From positions 53,010,001 to 53,074,000 of the forward strand of contig NC_088859.1 in the NCBI RefSeq assembly GCF_963853765.1: DNA of 64,000 bases, read 5' to 3'. How positions within the stretch are numbered: the first letter of the stretch is position 1; each line of letters starts with the position of its first letter. Both the position numbers and the translations under genes were made by a program. This document shows, piece by piece, positions 50,838 to 62,556 of this stretch. The notes beneath the pieces are model-generated. The model worked only from the letters and a program-made list of their open reading frames with translations. It had not been told where the DNA came from and ran no database searches. This DNA is from Magallana gigas (taxonomy: Eukaryota).

Positions 50838-53800
50838 TAGTTAAAGTACGGCATCCGACAGTCCATGTATACTGCTGAGTCGTATAATCTTGATCTACAA
50901 ACGTGCATTAAAGCATATTGCACACCGGGATATCTTATATTAAAATAGGATGTACAGCAAGTTTTGTCAAATGTTTTGCTTTCATGGTCCCCACCAGGTT
51001 TTAACATTCGCATTACATTAATATGACGGCATAAACAAAAGTTTTATTAATATTGAAGATCCCACATTGTCTACCACTCGGCAAGGTTCAAAAACAGTTA
51101 ATCCTAATCCTTAAACTATTATTTTTTATATATTATATAATATATAGTTGCTCCACGCTGGTTAGGGTTAGCATTTCTATCGCAAAAGGTTATCATTGAC
51201 ATCTTGGACTCAGCAATTACACGCGGAAGATGATCATCATCTTGTCGGACAATTGAAGATTCGATCCTATTCATCAACTATATTTTATTCCCCACTGTTC
51301 CTATACTTTCCACTACATATAAGTTAGACAAATATGCTTTTTGTGATATCTGCCACAATCTGAATACTGATTTTTTTTTAAAGTTTAGTTCATATAAATT
51401 CATATTACACATATAAGGTAATTAAGTAAGAAGAATAGACAAGATAAAACACTTTAAGGAGAATGGATGGTCAACAAGTTATCTGTCAGATTTCAAATAA
51501 TGATATTTTTTAAACTTTATTTGTTGTTTAGTTGAGAAAAAAACATTTTAGATGGAAAATATACTTTTCATCAAAAGGAGATAAATATGGTCTAAAAATG
51601 GCTACAGTCATCCAGCCCTCTCAGTGATCTTAATTGGCCAAGGGTCAGACAAACTTAATACGAGAATCATGATGAAGTTGAGGGTCGGGTGTTAGTCGTA
51701 CCTTATTTTGAGTTTAGGTCATACTGTGTCCAAAGGCATTTGGAAGCTTCCATGAGAAATGTATAGCAAGTGACGGAAGGGGATAGAAGTCTTAGAAAAA
51801 TGTTTCCAACAATTGTTGGCGCCGTTATTAATGCAAAATATTTTATGTCATAACTGTAAACTGAACTTAATGCAATTTTGAAAGTATATTTAATGACATA
51901 AGCCTCTCTCCATTTGTCTATGTATTACTCACCCACTGCTAATTAAGAGAGCCCAACACAACATTCTTTAAAGATTAATTAGTCATATTTTCACTTAGGG
52001 GTCATTTTTGGGAATATCCCCGTTTAATTGTACAAGAATTCGCTGAGTTTTAAAAATATTTTCAGTAATCCAGGCCTGCTATGATGGATTGTACCTTTTT
52101 AACTTTTTTTTCTCGAAGCAGCAAAAGTACTTTTGATACCGTGATATGCTGCAAATGAATGAACATTCAAGAAAATATTTAAGTCATTCTAAAACCTGTT
52201 CTGCATTCCAATCTTTTGTTTATTATAGAACTGACAGACGGACGAACAATGCTATTACCGCTGTAGACGGTACTGCTTTCGGGTTCTGTGTCTGTTTCTT
52301 TTGACCACGCGCTCTGATCAGCCATTTGTTAAAAAACCTCGTTGATTTTGTCATTCTGTATAGAATGATTCGCAGAACACACAATATTTATTTCCTTATA
52401 CTATACATGTACATATATATCTAAATATTTGGGCATCCATGTTGGTTTTGGGCAGTTATTACGTTCTCTTTTTTAAAAAGAAGTATGCATTGGTCTATTG
52501 TCGGATAAGTTCTTTTGTAATAAGTTGCCGCTAGCTTCATTGAATTCTCTACCATAGATGTTCGTCTTTACCATTACACTCAATGTTTCAGTAACAATCT
52601 AGTATTCTATCATACAAGGTACTGTAGAATAAGTAAAATGTTAACTTGTTGGTCATGATTAAATGCAATCTAAATGTGATGCCAGCAGTCGCAGACGAAT
52701 AAAATACAGGTGTGGCAAAGAGGCCGAAGTTGACTGGGAGTGTTTTCCCTCGACACCGTTGTCACGGTACAGATACTCACCACCTCCGGGTGTCATCACA
52801 GCGACACGGAGCTAAGGGTGCTATTACTATTTCAGGAACCTTTCCGCTGTAAATTTAAGAACTCGTTTCCAATCCTTATACAATAAAATATGTAAAAAAT
52901 AAAAATACTATATCAATTAACGTCAAACTTGGCTGGAGGATAGCTTCCATTTTGTATTCACATTGCAAGCAGTGCGATATGGCCCGTGGATGCAAATGTT
53001 TGTATAAAGTACACACATTATAATATACAGAAATTAATTGTTTCTGTTTCAGAATGCTATGCCAAGTAAAGTGTAAAAATCCAAGAGGACATTTGAAAGA
53101 TGAAAGACGTATCTAATGACGTCGATTCTTACGTCAGAGGTTCTCACCACCTTAGTTACTGATTTAATAAGAACGTTAACAAACAATGAGTTATCGTTTT
53201 TATGACAACGATCAAACAGGTGTTTAGGACAGTTTGGTTGGTTGTGCACTTCCTTTGTTGGTATTTCTAATGCACTTATCACTCATTGATACTCGATAGC
53301 CCGCCTTTGTTCATTACTGATTTCTTCGATTGATTAACAATTCAATAACAATCTAATATTCCTGAAACAATCTTTGAAATACCACGCACATTGTCGCTCC
53401 AGCAGCTATCATGACACAGGACGATCGGCAACTTTCTGATGCTGACCGATTGGGTAAAAACAGTCTTAGTTGCTGATTTTTTTTAGACTCGGGTCGGTCG
53501 GGACCTTAGAAATATAATAGTTGATTAGACTATTTAATAAAAATGAAATTAATCAAGATATGCATTTTATTTAACCCACTCTAGATCTAACGATATGCCA
53601 CCGCCCAATCTAAACTCATATGCTACATTTCTTTGAAAGTCCCGGCTCTTTTTACTAGTAAGACGTCCCCTGGGCAGCATCCAATATATAATACAGCGAT
53701 GTTGCATGTAGTCTTCCGCACGACATTGCTTGGATGAAAGGAGTAGAGGTGTAAGAGTTAAATTCAAAATGGCGTACCAAATATCGTGATCTTCCGCAGA

Positions 53801-56800
53801 AGTGAAGCCTCGTCCTACCACTCGACACGGATTTCCTTTTAGTAGAGTTCCCAGTTACATACAGTAACTCTGTCTGAAATGCGGGGACCTAGTTATACAG
53901 AATGCTGACCAAATTCTTACAACGGAAAAGTACATTTGTATATTCTATATTTTCTAAAAATCTGATGATTGTTGACGGGCCATACTTAGACCCTTTTTTG
54001 TATGCGTCAACTTGTAACCCAAGACGACGCAACCAAAAATAGAAGATAAAAAGAATGATGTTGTTTGAAAAGTGCTTCTTAAAATTGTGTATGAAATAAA
54101 ATACAAATAGCGGGAGAGAAAAATTGAAGAGAGCGGGTACTTTTTAACATTTCCGCCACATTATGGCCTGCTTCTATATCCCGCTGATGATCATGTCAAC
54201 TTTTAAAACATCAAAAGTACAACGCAATCATAGCTAAAATACATGTTTGGGTTGAAATTCCCGGCCGGGAATCTTGTTGAGGGGGAGGGGCAGTCTCTCC
54301 TATGGGGGTGCTGTGCGCGCGGTCCGTGGGTGTTTCACTCAGGAATAACAGGTATGATGCATCACCTGTACAGGGTCGCTATCAGAAGTTTTAACAACCT
54401 AAAAATACACTTCTTTTTGGATGCGAATCTTCATCTCCCGTCGCGTTGTTGTGTTTCAAACTGTATCACTGCGTAACGTCGGAGAGCGTCTTCAATTAGG
54501 ACAGTTTAACGTTTAGTCGGGTCTCAACCATTACAAGGGGGTGATACATTTCTTATTCAATGTTTATTAGCAAGATTGCAGACTCAAAGAAGCATCATAA
54601 AAATCATTTGTAACGAAAGGGGCGAACGAGTAATAAAATCTTATAGAGAGAGCCCGCGCAGTCAGCCGATGTTCTGTTCATTAGCGCTGCGGTGAGACTG
54701 TTAAGAGTTATATAAATTAGTCTAGCACATTACTTTTGTCTGGTAGCTAGCACAGTGCACTATCAGCAATATTGGTGAGGCTAATAACAGGAACAAAAGA
54801 TAAAGGACTGGGATCAGAGGGTTGTCAACTGTCTTCTGTTGAATCGATAAAAATACCACAAAAAAAAGGAAAAAAGAATGCGTTAAAACTGTTCGTATTA
54901 TTATCATATATATCGTATACTATCATATATACCATGATATAGATTAATACACCATACAGATAAATCATTTCTTAGATTTGTCAGTAATTGTGTAGAGTCA
55001 TTAATGATCATGAAAACATAATTATGCAGTCATTTATTCACTTAAAAAGAAAGACTTTCTACCAAAGGATGTTTAAAGGACTAAAACGAAAAGCAAGTAT
55101 CTTCATTTGAACCATCAACTCATTATTGGCTTGTTCTGTTCCGCACATTATACCACTTGACTGTATTCAGCAGACCAAAAACGAAGCGAGTTTCATTATG
55201 CAAGAAGTTAGTTTTTTATTTAAATGTTTTTTTTAATTTGCAATTAATGATAAATCACAGAATATGTTTTGTCGATGATAAGCAAAAGAATGTAACAATA
55301 AAAGATTAATTTTGTCCTGGAACAGTTTATCTTGATTAACTCGCACTTCAAGATGTCACGTGCATGCTTGAATTCTTCGTTGCAATTTAATGCATAGCCT
55401 TCAAAATAACAAATGATGAAAAGGGGCAACAAGGCTAGCAGCATAGAAGAACAATTTGGTCGGACAATTTTCTAATGTTTTAAGTTATTTCTCATAAATT
55501 TGCATTGTTAACACGGTAAGACATATGTGTCATTATCATGAGATATTCTGTTATTACTATACCTACAGATACATGTAAGTAAGTATATACTCGTATATTC
55601 AACAGAACACGGCTACGTTTTAGTCACCTGCCGTGCTTTGTTAATCAGGCCCTGATCAAGCTTCTTAATTAATCAAACTACACGTATTACAGAGTAGCGT
55701 TTCACACCTGCTGAAATTATAACCACATTGGTGTAAATGTCGGTAGATATCCGACGAACCATGTTGTATCTGCGGTTTGGTGTTTGACTGTGTGTAAGAG
55801 GTGACTCTCGATCCCGACACTTATAGAAAACAGTTGCTCCTTCATGTTGTGTACCTAGCAGGTCTGCAAGACATGGATTGGAGGGAACCCTCCCGTCACC
55901 CCCCCCCCCCCCCCCGAAAAAAATTAGTAAATATAACCAAGGCAATCTCATTTGGAGCAATGGAACAATGGGGAATAATGTTATTCAAAAACTAAATGCA
56001 TCTATTATATCTATGTTACCTGTTTATTGTCGTATCTTATCTTTTACAGGTTTATTAATCGGAATGTTACGTAGAATTTGTCCTCTCGGGACGAAATTTC
56101 TTAAAAAAGAAAAAGCAAGAATATCAAAGGCCATATATTACTCTTGGTATTTGCACCATAAATAGTCTTGTATTTTGGTCGAGCTCATAAAAAACACCAA
56201 CATAAAACCCCCAGCACCTGTATAGGGTCGACAGTATCATTTGGATGTCAGAGATCACTTTCAGTGGGGGCAAGCATTGTTTAAGACATTATAAGTCTTC
56301 GGCACTTGACGTGTAGAGTCACCCGTGGGGTGATCATGGTTTACAGCGCTTCTCAAACCCGCATCGCGTCATTATTACAAAGCAAAAAATATACACAAGC
56401 GAACGTAATTACGGGAAAATGTGATATTAATTATCATTTTGCGGATATTATATTGAAATCTTAGCCCAAATAAAAGATTATCCAGATTGTTCTAGAGTTT
56501 TGCGTTCGTGGACACAAAAGCAGTTTAATATCAATACAATATAGCTATTTCCCCCAAGCTGATCTTGTAAGATCAAGGCAATAAAATGTACGAGAAAGAA
56601 GCGAGATATTAAAACTTCACAAAATTTATTGCGCCTCTCTTCTCTGTAATTAAGTTATCCCTGCTGAAAAGAATATTTCGCCTTATAAAAGATTGTTTAA
56701 TTATATTTGCCAAACAGTGATAAAGAGTGGTAATTCCGAAGCGATTTATCAGCCCCCCATTGTCCGCTCCGAGCCACGTATCCCCCACGCTGCTCCTCGC

Positions 56801-57971
56801 CACAGAGAGGGCTCCAGGACTGGTGGCCCGTGATCGCAGCGGTAGTTGTGAAGTCATTTCACCAATCGGGACAGTTCGTGTGGACTTTCTGGGCAGAAAA
56901 TGAGAGGATATGATGAAGATTTATATTGATGCGTGGGGAGCCCCCATTTCCCTTTGTCTGTCGCTTTTACGCGTGTGGTAGGGCAGATTTAAAACACAAT
57001 TATTTACAATGTTACAAATCTTAAACTGTTGTGAACATGTATAAGACACAGGAGAGTTTGTAATTAAATGTTCAAATATTCAGTAATTAATCTAGCATTT
57101 GTGTGTGGTACAAGGCAGGAGGTAGAGAAAATACCCACCTTAACGAGATCTGGTGTCAATCAACTGGGATCTCAACGGGTCACGGGAGGTAATTCTTACT
57201 GGCAAGTCAACGGGCTCAGCTCTACTTGACTGTAATCGAATCTGATTGTCGATTTTTTTTTCTCAGACATCAACATATTGACAATACTTTAAAACTTTTT
57301 CAGTATTAAAACCCTTCTGTACAAGACTTACATGACTGTATATTATTTCAAAGTCAACAAACAAATGTGTGCACCACATAAGCATGCTGATTAAAGATGC
57401 CAGTTTTGACACTTCCACATATTTGGACACCATGACCGTAATATACGCACGCAATATTTATAAATACTTGTGCAAACATTGTTCTTTTTCTTTTTTTAGT
57501 TTATACGCACTTGACAGCCAGCATTTATAGTTTACAATTATAATTGAAATTTTTAATATAAAATCAATCATAATTATCCAAATTTGTTAACTTTTATTCT
57601 GATGATGCCTCAATTTTATCCCACCCCTCTCCAGTATATATTCGTGTTGTTTACAACCCCACCAACCACTCCAAGCTGTCTGTAATATAACTTCAAATTT
57701 TAACTCCCCCTTTTATATTTGTATTAGAATTTAAAACAGTGACATATAGGTCCGATGGGCCTGGTGTGACAATATATGTTATATTTCAATGTGTATATGT
57801 TCAGTTGAAACACACGTCACTATAATAAAGTATTAACTTACGTACTTACAGTATCACATCATTTTTTTTCAATATCTTTTATCAGTTGATGCTTTCAAAG
57901 AACCCGATTCTTTCGTTTTCTTGGCGTCCATTGGCGGCGTGGCAGTGAAGACAACGGGTGGAGTAGTAGCA

Positions 57972-58065
57972 CCTGTGTCTGGTATCTGTGATACAATACA
58001 TGTACCTATGTCAGGTATATGTGATACAATACCTGTGTCAGGTATCTGTGATACAATACCTATGC
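57972..58065. repeat. Short tandem repeat, ~26-bp unit, ~3 copies
   Basis: Unit CCTGTGTCAGGTATCTGTGATACAATA. Confidence 0.85.
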
Positions 58066-58319
58066 AACAATATTAAGGTTATGCACGTCTCTTTTTTATG
58101 CATATGTTCTGAAAATCCTTACCCGCTCAGTGTAGAAAGTAAAAAAAAAACACCATAAAAAATGCGTACAATTTTGTTTTTTCAGTTTTTCATTCATTAC
58201 ATCTTTATCATTTTTTAACCGAATGAGTAAATATTCTACGAATTCTTCCTGTTTACATTAGAAACTAAACTTCGCCTTTTTTTTTTCAACGAGTAAGAAA
58301 CAAGTTAATGTGGATGACC

Positions 58320-58560
58320 GTTCATTATATTCAAAATGCTTTCACAGATTTAGAATTTTCAACTTTTACACAATTTGACCAAAATTATGTTTTTTTGTTT
58401 TTTTTGAAAGGTAAAAGTTGTAAAAGCCCGAGCGGGATTCGAATAATGACAAATACAATGAAGGCTGAAACAGTTGGGAAAGAAAAGAAATTAAAATTAT
58501 ACTTGATTTTATTGTTGATTTCGATAGGAAGTGTGGACCACAATATGAAGGTGTCCCAGG
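58320..58560. mobile_element. Decayed dispersed repeat carrying a tRNA-like B-box
   Basis: On the minus strand ATTCGAATCCCGC (58432-58444) is B-box-like. The surrounding AAGGTAAAAGTTGTAAAAGCCC...TACTTGATTTTATTG...GGTGTCCCA resembles an oyster interspersed repeat as I recall it; not verified by search. Confidence 0.45.
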
Positions 58561-58903
58561 CCGTAATATCTTTGGTTGGCACGGATGTGTATGATACAAA
58601 ATAAATCCCACTTTCAGCATTTTCGCAAAATAATGGTTTTCGGTAAAAACCGCTTTTTACGTTGTGTATACCAAAAAGCTTGCTAAGGTGCACTTTCCAG
58701 GGTTCATATGATTCTGGTGTTTTTAAAATTCCCGCCGTCATCGAACTACGTATGAACATGACGCACAAACATTTCTCTATTGTTCATGTTGTACATCGCT
58801 TTTTGATGACAGTACCGGCATTGACTACAGTGTACAGCATGATGCAGATGACTCTTCGCTTCTTTGATTGTACTAGATCAACACAGAGAAAACCCTACTT
58901 AAG

Positions 58904-59100
58904 GTGAGTGAAATACAATGTATCCTCCGATTGTTTATATATTACATGATGAAACGTTAACTTTCAACCAGTAAACAGATCTAAACACATACGTTGATTC
59001 AAATAATCGATATTTAAATTTCCAATACAAAAAGTTAGATAACCCGTGCAGGTAATTGTTCGACTACATTTGAATCGATTCGTCTTTCTTTGATTTGTAG
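58904..59100 (+). other. Probable 5'-UTR intron of the kelch gene
   Basis: Donor TAAG|GTGAGT at 58903/58904 and acceptor TCTTTCTTTGATTTGTAG|AGATG at 59100. An in-frame TAA before the donor implies the upstream exon is untranslated. Confidence 0.55.
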
Positions 59101-59102
59101 AG

Positions 59103-61121
59103 ATGAATGTGCGGCACTGTAGGCTCCTGTTACAGGGACTGTCCTGTCTGAGAGATGAGGGGAAGCACGCCGATTTTAACCTGGTCTATGGGGACGCAAG
59201 GACTCCATGTCACAAAGTTGTGCTGGCCGTTTACTCTCAAAGGATGCTGGGTACCTGCCTCCAGTCGTCAGTTAATTTCTTGGAGATGGAGAATAATCCC
59301 GAGTACCTCATGGAGAAGCTGTACCACTGGACGAACGTCGGGCTCGAAGATCTCGACGTCAAAATGTCGAGGGCAGCCGACGAACTCGATATAGAATTTC
59401 TTGTAAAATCAAAACAAGTTCAAGTCATACAAAGTCGTCTTGACATCATGGAAAGGGCGCGACTGAGGGTGTTCTCGGAGCAGCTACTGGAACTGTGGAG
59501 GAATGAAGTACTTACTGACGTAATACTCGAAGTGGGCGGGGCCAGCTTCCGGTGCCATAGACCCGTCCTAGCGGCAATGTCTGGGTACTTCGACGCAATG
59601 TTTTCGTCGGGCATGAAGGAATCCGAAGACCATATTGCAATAGAGTTACACGGATTTGATAAACATGTCGTAGAAAATATACTATCTTATATCTATACAG
59701 GGAAGGCGGACATAGACAATGCAAATGCCGATCTCATGTTTGCGGCCTCGGTATATTTTCAGATAAAGCCATTAAGAAATCTTTGTGAGAGGTTCCTTTG
59801 CACACATACAGATGTAGACAACTGTGTGGATGTCCTAGCTCTAGCAGAATGCTACAGCTGTAAAAACCTGGCAGATAATATATTAAATTTTATAAAAGAA
59901 AATATCGTAGAATTGCTTGGTAAGAAATCCTTTCAGAAGTTGAATTCTCATACACTTCAGGAACTAATATCAAGCGATGATCTCATTGTACCGGGAGAGG
60001 AGGGCGTGTTGAACCTGATTCTCCAATGGTTTGACAGACAGGACAATCAATCCGAAGAATCTCTGTCTTCCCTGCTTTACCATGTCCGGTGTTCCCAAAT
60101 CAGGAGGGAAACCCGCCAGAGGATCTGTGGGACAAACCCCCACTTGGCGAAATACTCCTCCTGTCAGACACGACTGCTGCAGGTCGACGAGCATATGACA
60201 TCAGATTCATACAGAAACGACCACGTGCTCCTGGTTGTGAGACCTAATCACTTCTCTGATGACGTCGACATCGTCTGCTACAGTTTTATGCAGTCCGCCT
60301 GGTTCGCGCTGAACCAGATTACCAACTTTAACCCGGGGGGAAGTCCGGGTATATGTTTCCATGACAACTGTGTTTACATATCGGGGGGCTCGGGAAATCT
60401 TAACAACTTTGTCAAATACGATTGTCGCAGCAATGACTGGACATTCTTGCAAAGGATGGGCTTTCGGCGATTTGGTCACTGTATGTGTGGAGTAGGAGAG
60501 GACATTTTTGTCATCGGTGGAAAGTCAATGCCCAACGACACGTTCAATACTATTCAGAAATACAGCATTGGTAAGGGTGCTTGGTCAAAAGAAGGGGAGC
60601 TCTGCATCCCGGTGTCGGACGCCTCCTGCGCATGCGTTGCTTCCCAGATCCTGATTTTTGGCGGCTCCCAGAGCATTGTCACCTTTTCACACGCCATACA
60701 ATGCTATGATCTGAAAACTAGAACTTGCACGGAAATTGGTTCCTTTCCAAAAGGCGTCCTGACCGGAATAATGAGGATCTGTTCTAACGAGGAATATTTC
60801 TTCCACGTCACTGCCGAGGGGAAGCTTCTACAGTCCAGCAGAACAGACCCCTATGAGTCCGCGCCCGAGCTTATCGGGACCATTTCACAGAGGCTGATGA
60901 TGACGGCGTACTCTGTGGTGTACTACAAAGGAAGCGTTCTCCTGGTCAGCGACACAAAAACAGCTCAGAGAGAGGCCAAGGTCATCCGATACAGCGTCAC
61001 AGAAACCAAGCAGCTGCAATGTGACATCAAGAAACTGCCCTTCCCACCAGATTCCAACCAATACTTTGCTGTGGTGGTAAATATAAACAAAAGACACCTT
61101 AGTCTACCGATCATGACTTAG
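59103..61121 (+). CDS. Kelch-like protein: degenerate BTB + BTB + BACK + degenerate Kelch repeats, single coding exon
   Basis: 672-aa ORF. BTB motifs LLQGL...DFNL...CHKVVLA and LTDVIL...FRCHRPVLAAMSGYFDAMFSSGMKES. BACK region NCVDVLALAE...F.KL...L.ELISSDDL.V..EE.V...ILQW. Kelch GG motifs VYISGG, IFVIGG, ILIFGG. AATAAA at 61269 and 61390. An acceptor TTTGTAG (ending 59100) lies just before the ATG. Confidence 0.93.
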   Translation: MNVRHCRLLLQGLSCLRDEGKHADFNLVYGDARTPCHKVVLAVYSQRMLGTCLQSSVNFLEMENNPEYLMEKLYHWTNVGLEDLDVKMSRAADELDIEFLVKSKQVQVIQSRLDIMERARLRVFSEQLLELWRNEVLTDVILEVGGASFRCHRPVLAAMSGYFDAMFSSGMKESEDHIAIELHGFDKHVVENILSYIYTGKADIDNANADLMFAASVYFQIKPLRNLCERFLCTHTDVDNCVDVLALAECYSCKNLADNILNFIKENIVELLGKKSFQKLNSHTLQELISSDDLIVPGEEGVLNLILQWFDRQDNQSEESLSSLLYHVRCSQIRRETRQRICGTNPHLAKYSSCQTRLLQVDEHMTSDSYRNDHVLLVVRPNHFSDDVDIVCYSFMQSAWFALNQITNFNPGGSPGICFHDNCVYISGGSGNLNNFVKYDCRSNDWTFLQRMGFRRFGHCMCGVGEDIFVIGGKSMPNDTFNTIQKYSIGKGAWSKEGELCIPVSDASCACVASQILIFGGSQSIVTFSHAIQCYDLKTRTCTEIGSFPKGVLTGIMRICSNEEYFFHVTAEGKLLQSSRTDPYESAPELIGTISQRLMMTAYSVVYYKGSVLLVSDTKTAQREAKVIRYSVTETKQLQCDIKKLPFPPDSNQYFAVVVNINKRHLSLPIMT

Positions 61122-61477
61122 TGAACTCTGGGTCCATGTATATGGAATTAAATGATTATCAAATACTTAAGATGTTCTATTCAGTTAAATGTTTTTGTAT
61201 GATTCCTGAATGTGTCAGCAGCAGATTTTTAAGGACTATCAGTCCCTATACATTAAAATGGTTTACATAATAAACAGTTTTTGTCAATTTAGTGTACTAT
61301 AACTTCCGAGATAATTCTACTGTTAATTGTCTTTAGTAAATAGATATGTTTATATTTATTCACCAATCAAGGACCTTCAAGGGCTTTACAATAAAAACAA
61401 TGATAATATAATCATGATTATAGCTAATAATGGATAAAATACATGGATGGAAAGAATGTCCAGGTCCACATTGCAGG

Positions 61478-61625
61478 CTTATTCTACTGCATGTAACATT
61501 ATTTCTACATACAATAACATATGTGTCACAAGGAGCAAGATTATAACTACACTTATTCTACTGCATATAACATTATTTCTACTTACAATAATATATGTTT
61601 CACAAGGAGCAAGATTATAACTACA
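61478..61625. repeat. Tandem duplication, 74 bp x2, downstream of the kelch gene
   Basis: CTTATTCTACTGCAT.TAACATTATTTCTAC.TACAATAA.ATATGT.TCACAAGGAGCAAGATTATAACTACA at 61478 and 61552. Confidence 0.9.
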
Positions 61626-62210
61626 TCTACACAATAACAAGAGTGTCAAAGAGCAGTGCATAATGCATATATAAATATTGCACTGGTTAAGGAAGCCTAG
61701 TCGGTTACAATGGGAGGTAAATCTGATCTATAAAACATATACCAGCACTGAGGTTGTCTTAGACATATGATGCAAGGGGATACATTTATTTGCAAGTACT
61801 GGGATGCATTCATATATGAGTGGTTATTGTTAAAAAATGTTCCCCCAAGCAGTACTTTAGAAATTAAACAGACACGTTACTAGTATATATCGCCCAGAAT
61901 ATGTGTGTATTCCATATACAATCATATATAGACAATCAATAACACGTGTGTTCAAACGATGTTTTCTATGGTTTTTAAAAACATGAACAAAAGTTGTTTT
62001 TTTTTAATTTTCAAAAATAATTTTTCATTTAAAACACAGTGTGTTTTTTACAACCAAAACACATTTTATACTTTCTCATAAAAAATAAATTCATATAAAA
62101 TAAAAAAAAAAATGGGCAAATATTTTTCTTTAAACAACTAAATCATGTTTCAGATACGATGCTCCAACGATACATAGAACAAACTGTTGATGTAGCTTTC
62201 CACCTTAACA

Positions 62211-62327
62211 TGTCATGTCGTAAATTCTGAGTTTAACGGGTGGCAGTAAATACAATATTTACAAGTTGTCATGTTGTAAATTTTGTATTCACTGCCACCC
62301 GGTAAACTCAAAATTTACAATATGATC
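62211..62327. mobile_element. Second, decayed copy of the foldback element
   Basis: TGTCATGTCGTAAATT...GGGTGGCAGTAAATAC...GTTGTCATGTTGTAAATTTTGTATT.ACTGCCACCCGGTAAA aligns to 39511-39637 with a 10-bp central deletion. No clear TSD. Confidence 0.75.
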
Positions 62328-62532
62328 CAGACATTTAAATAGAGTTATCCCGCTTTGAATCCTGTTGGAACGCGTAGAAATTAAATAGCGAGCCCAAGAA
62401 AGGTAGGTGCCGTGTAATCTAACCTGTTGTTAGGATATCTCCAATTTCTGTGGAGTTTGATTACAGTATTACAGTGCAAGCTAATCAGCTTGTTGTAGGG
62501 CATGTGAATTCTGTAGATGAAGTACGAGACAA

Positions 62533-62556
62533 GGGGGGGGGGGGGGGGGGGGGGGG
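62533..62556. repeat. Poly-G tract (one of several long G/C homopolymers)
   Basis: 24 G here. Other tracts at 14886-14904, 20984-20998, 55899-55915 (C) and 63427-63450 (C). Confidence 0.95.
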
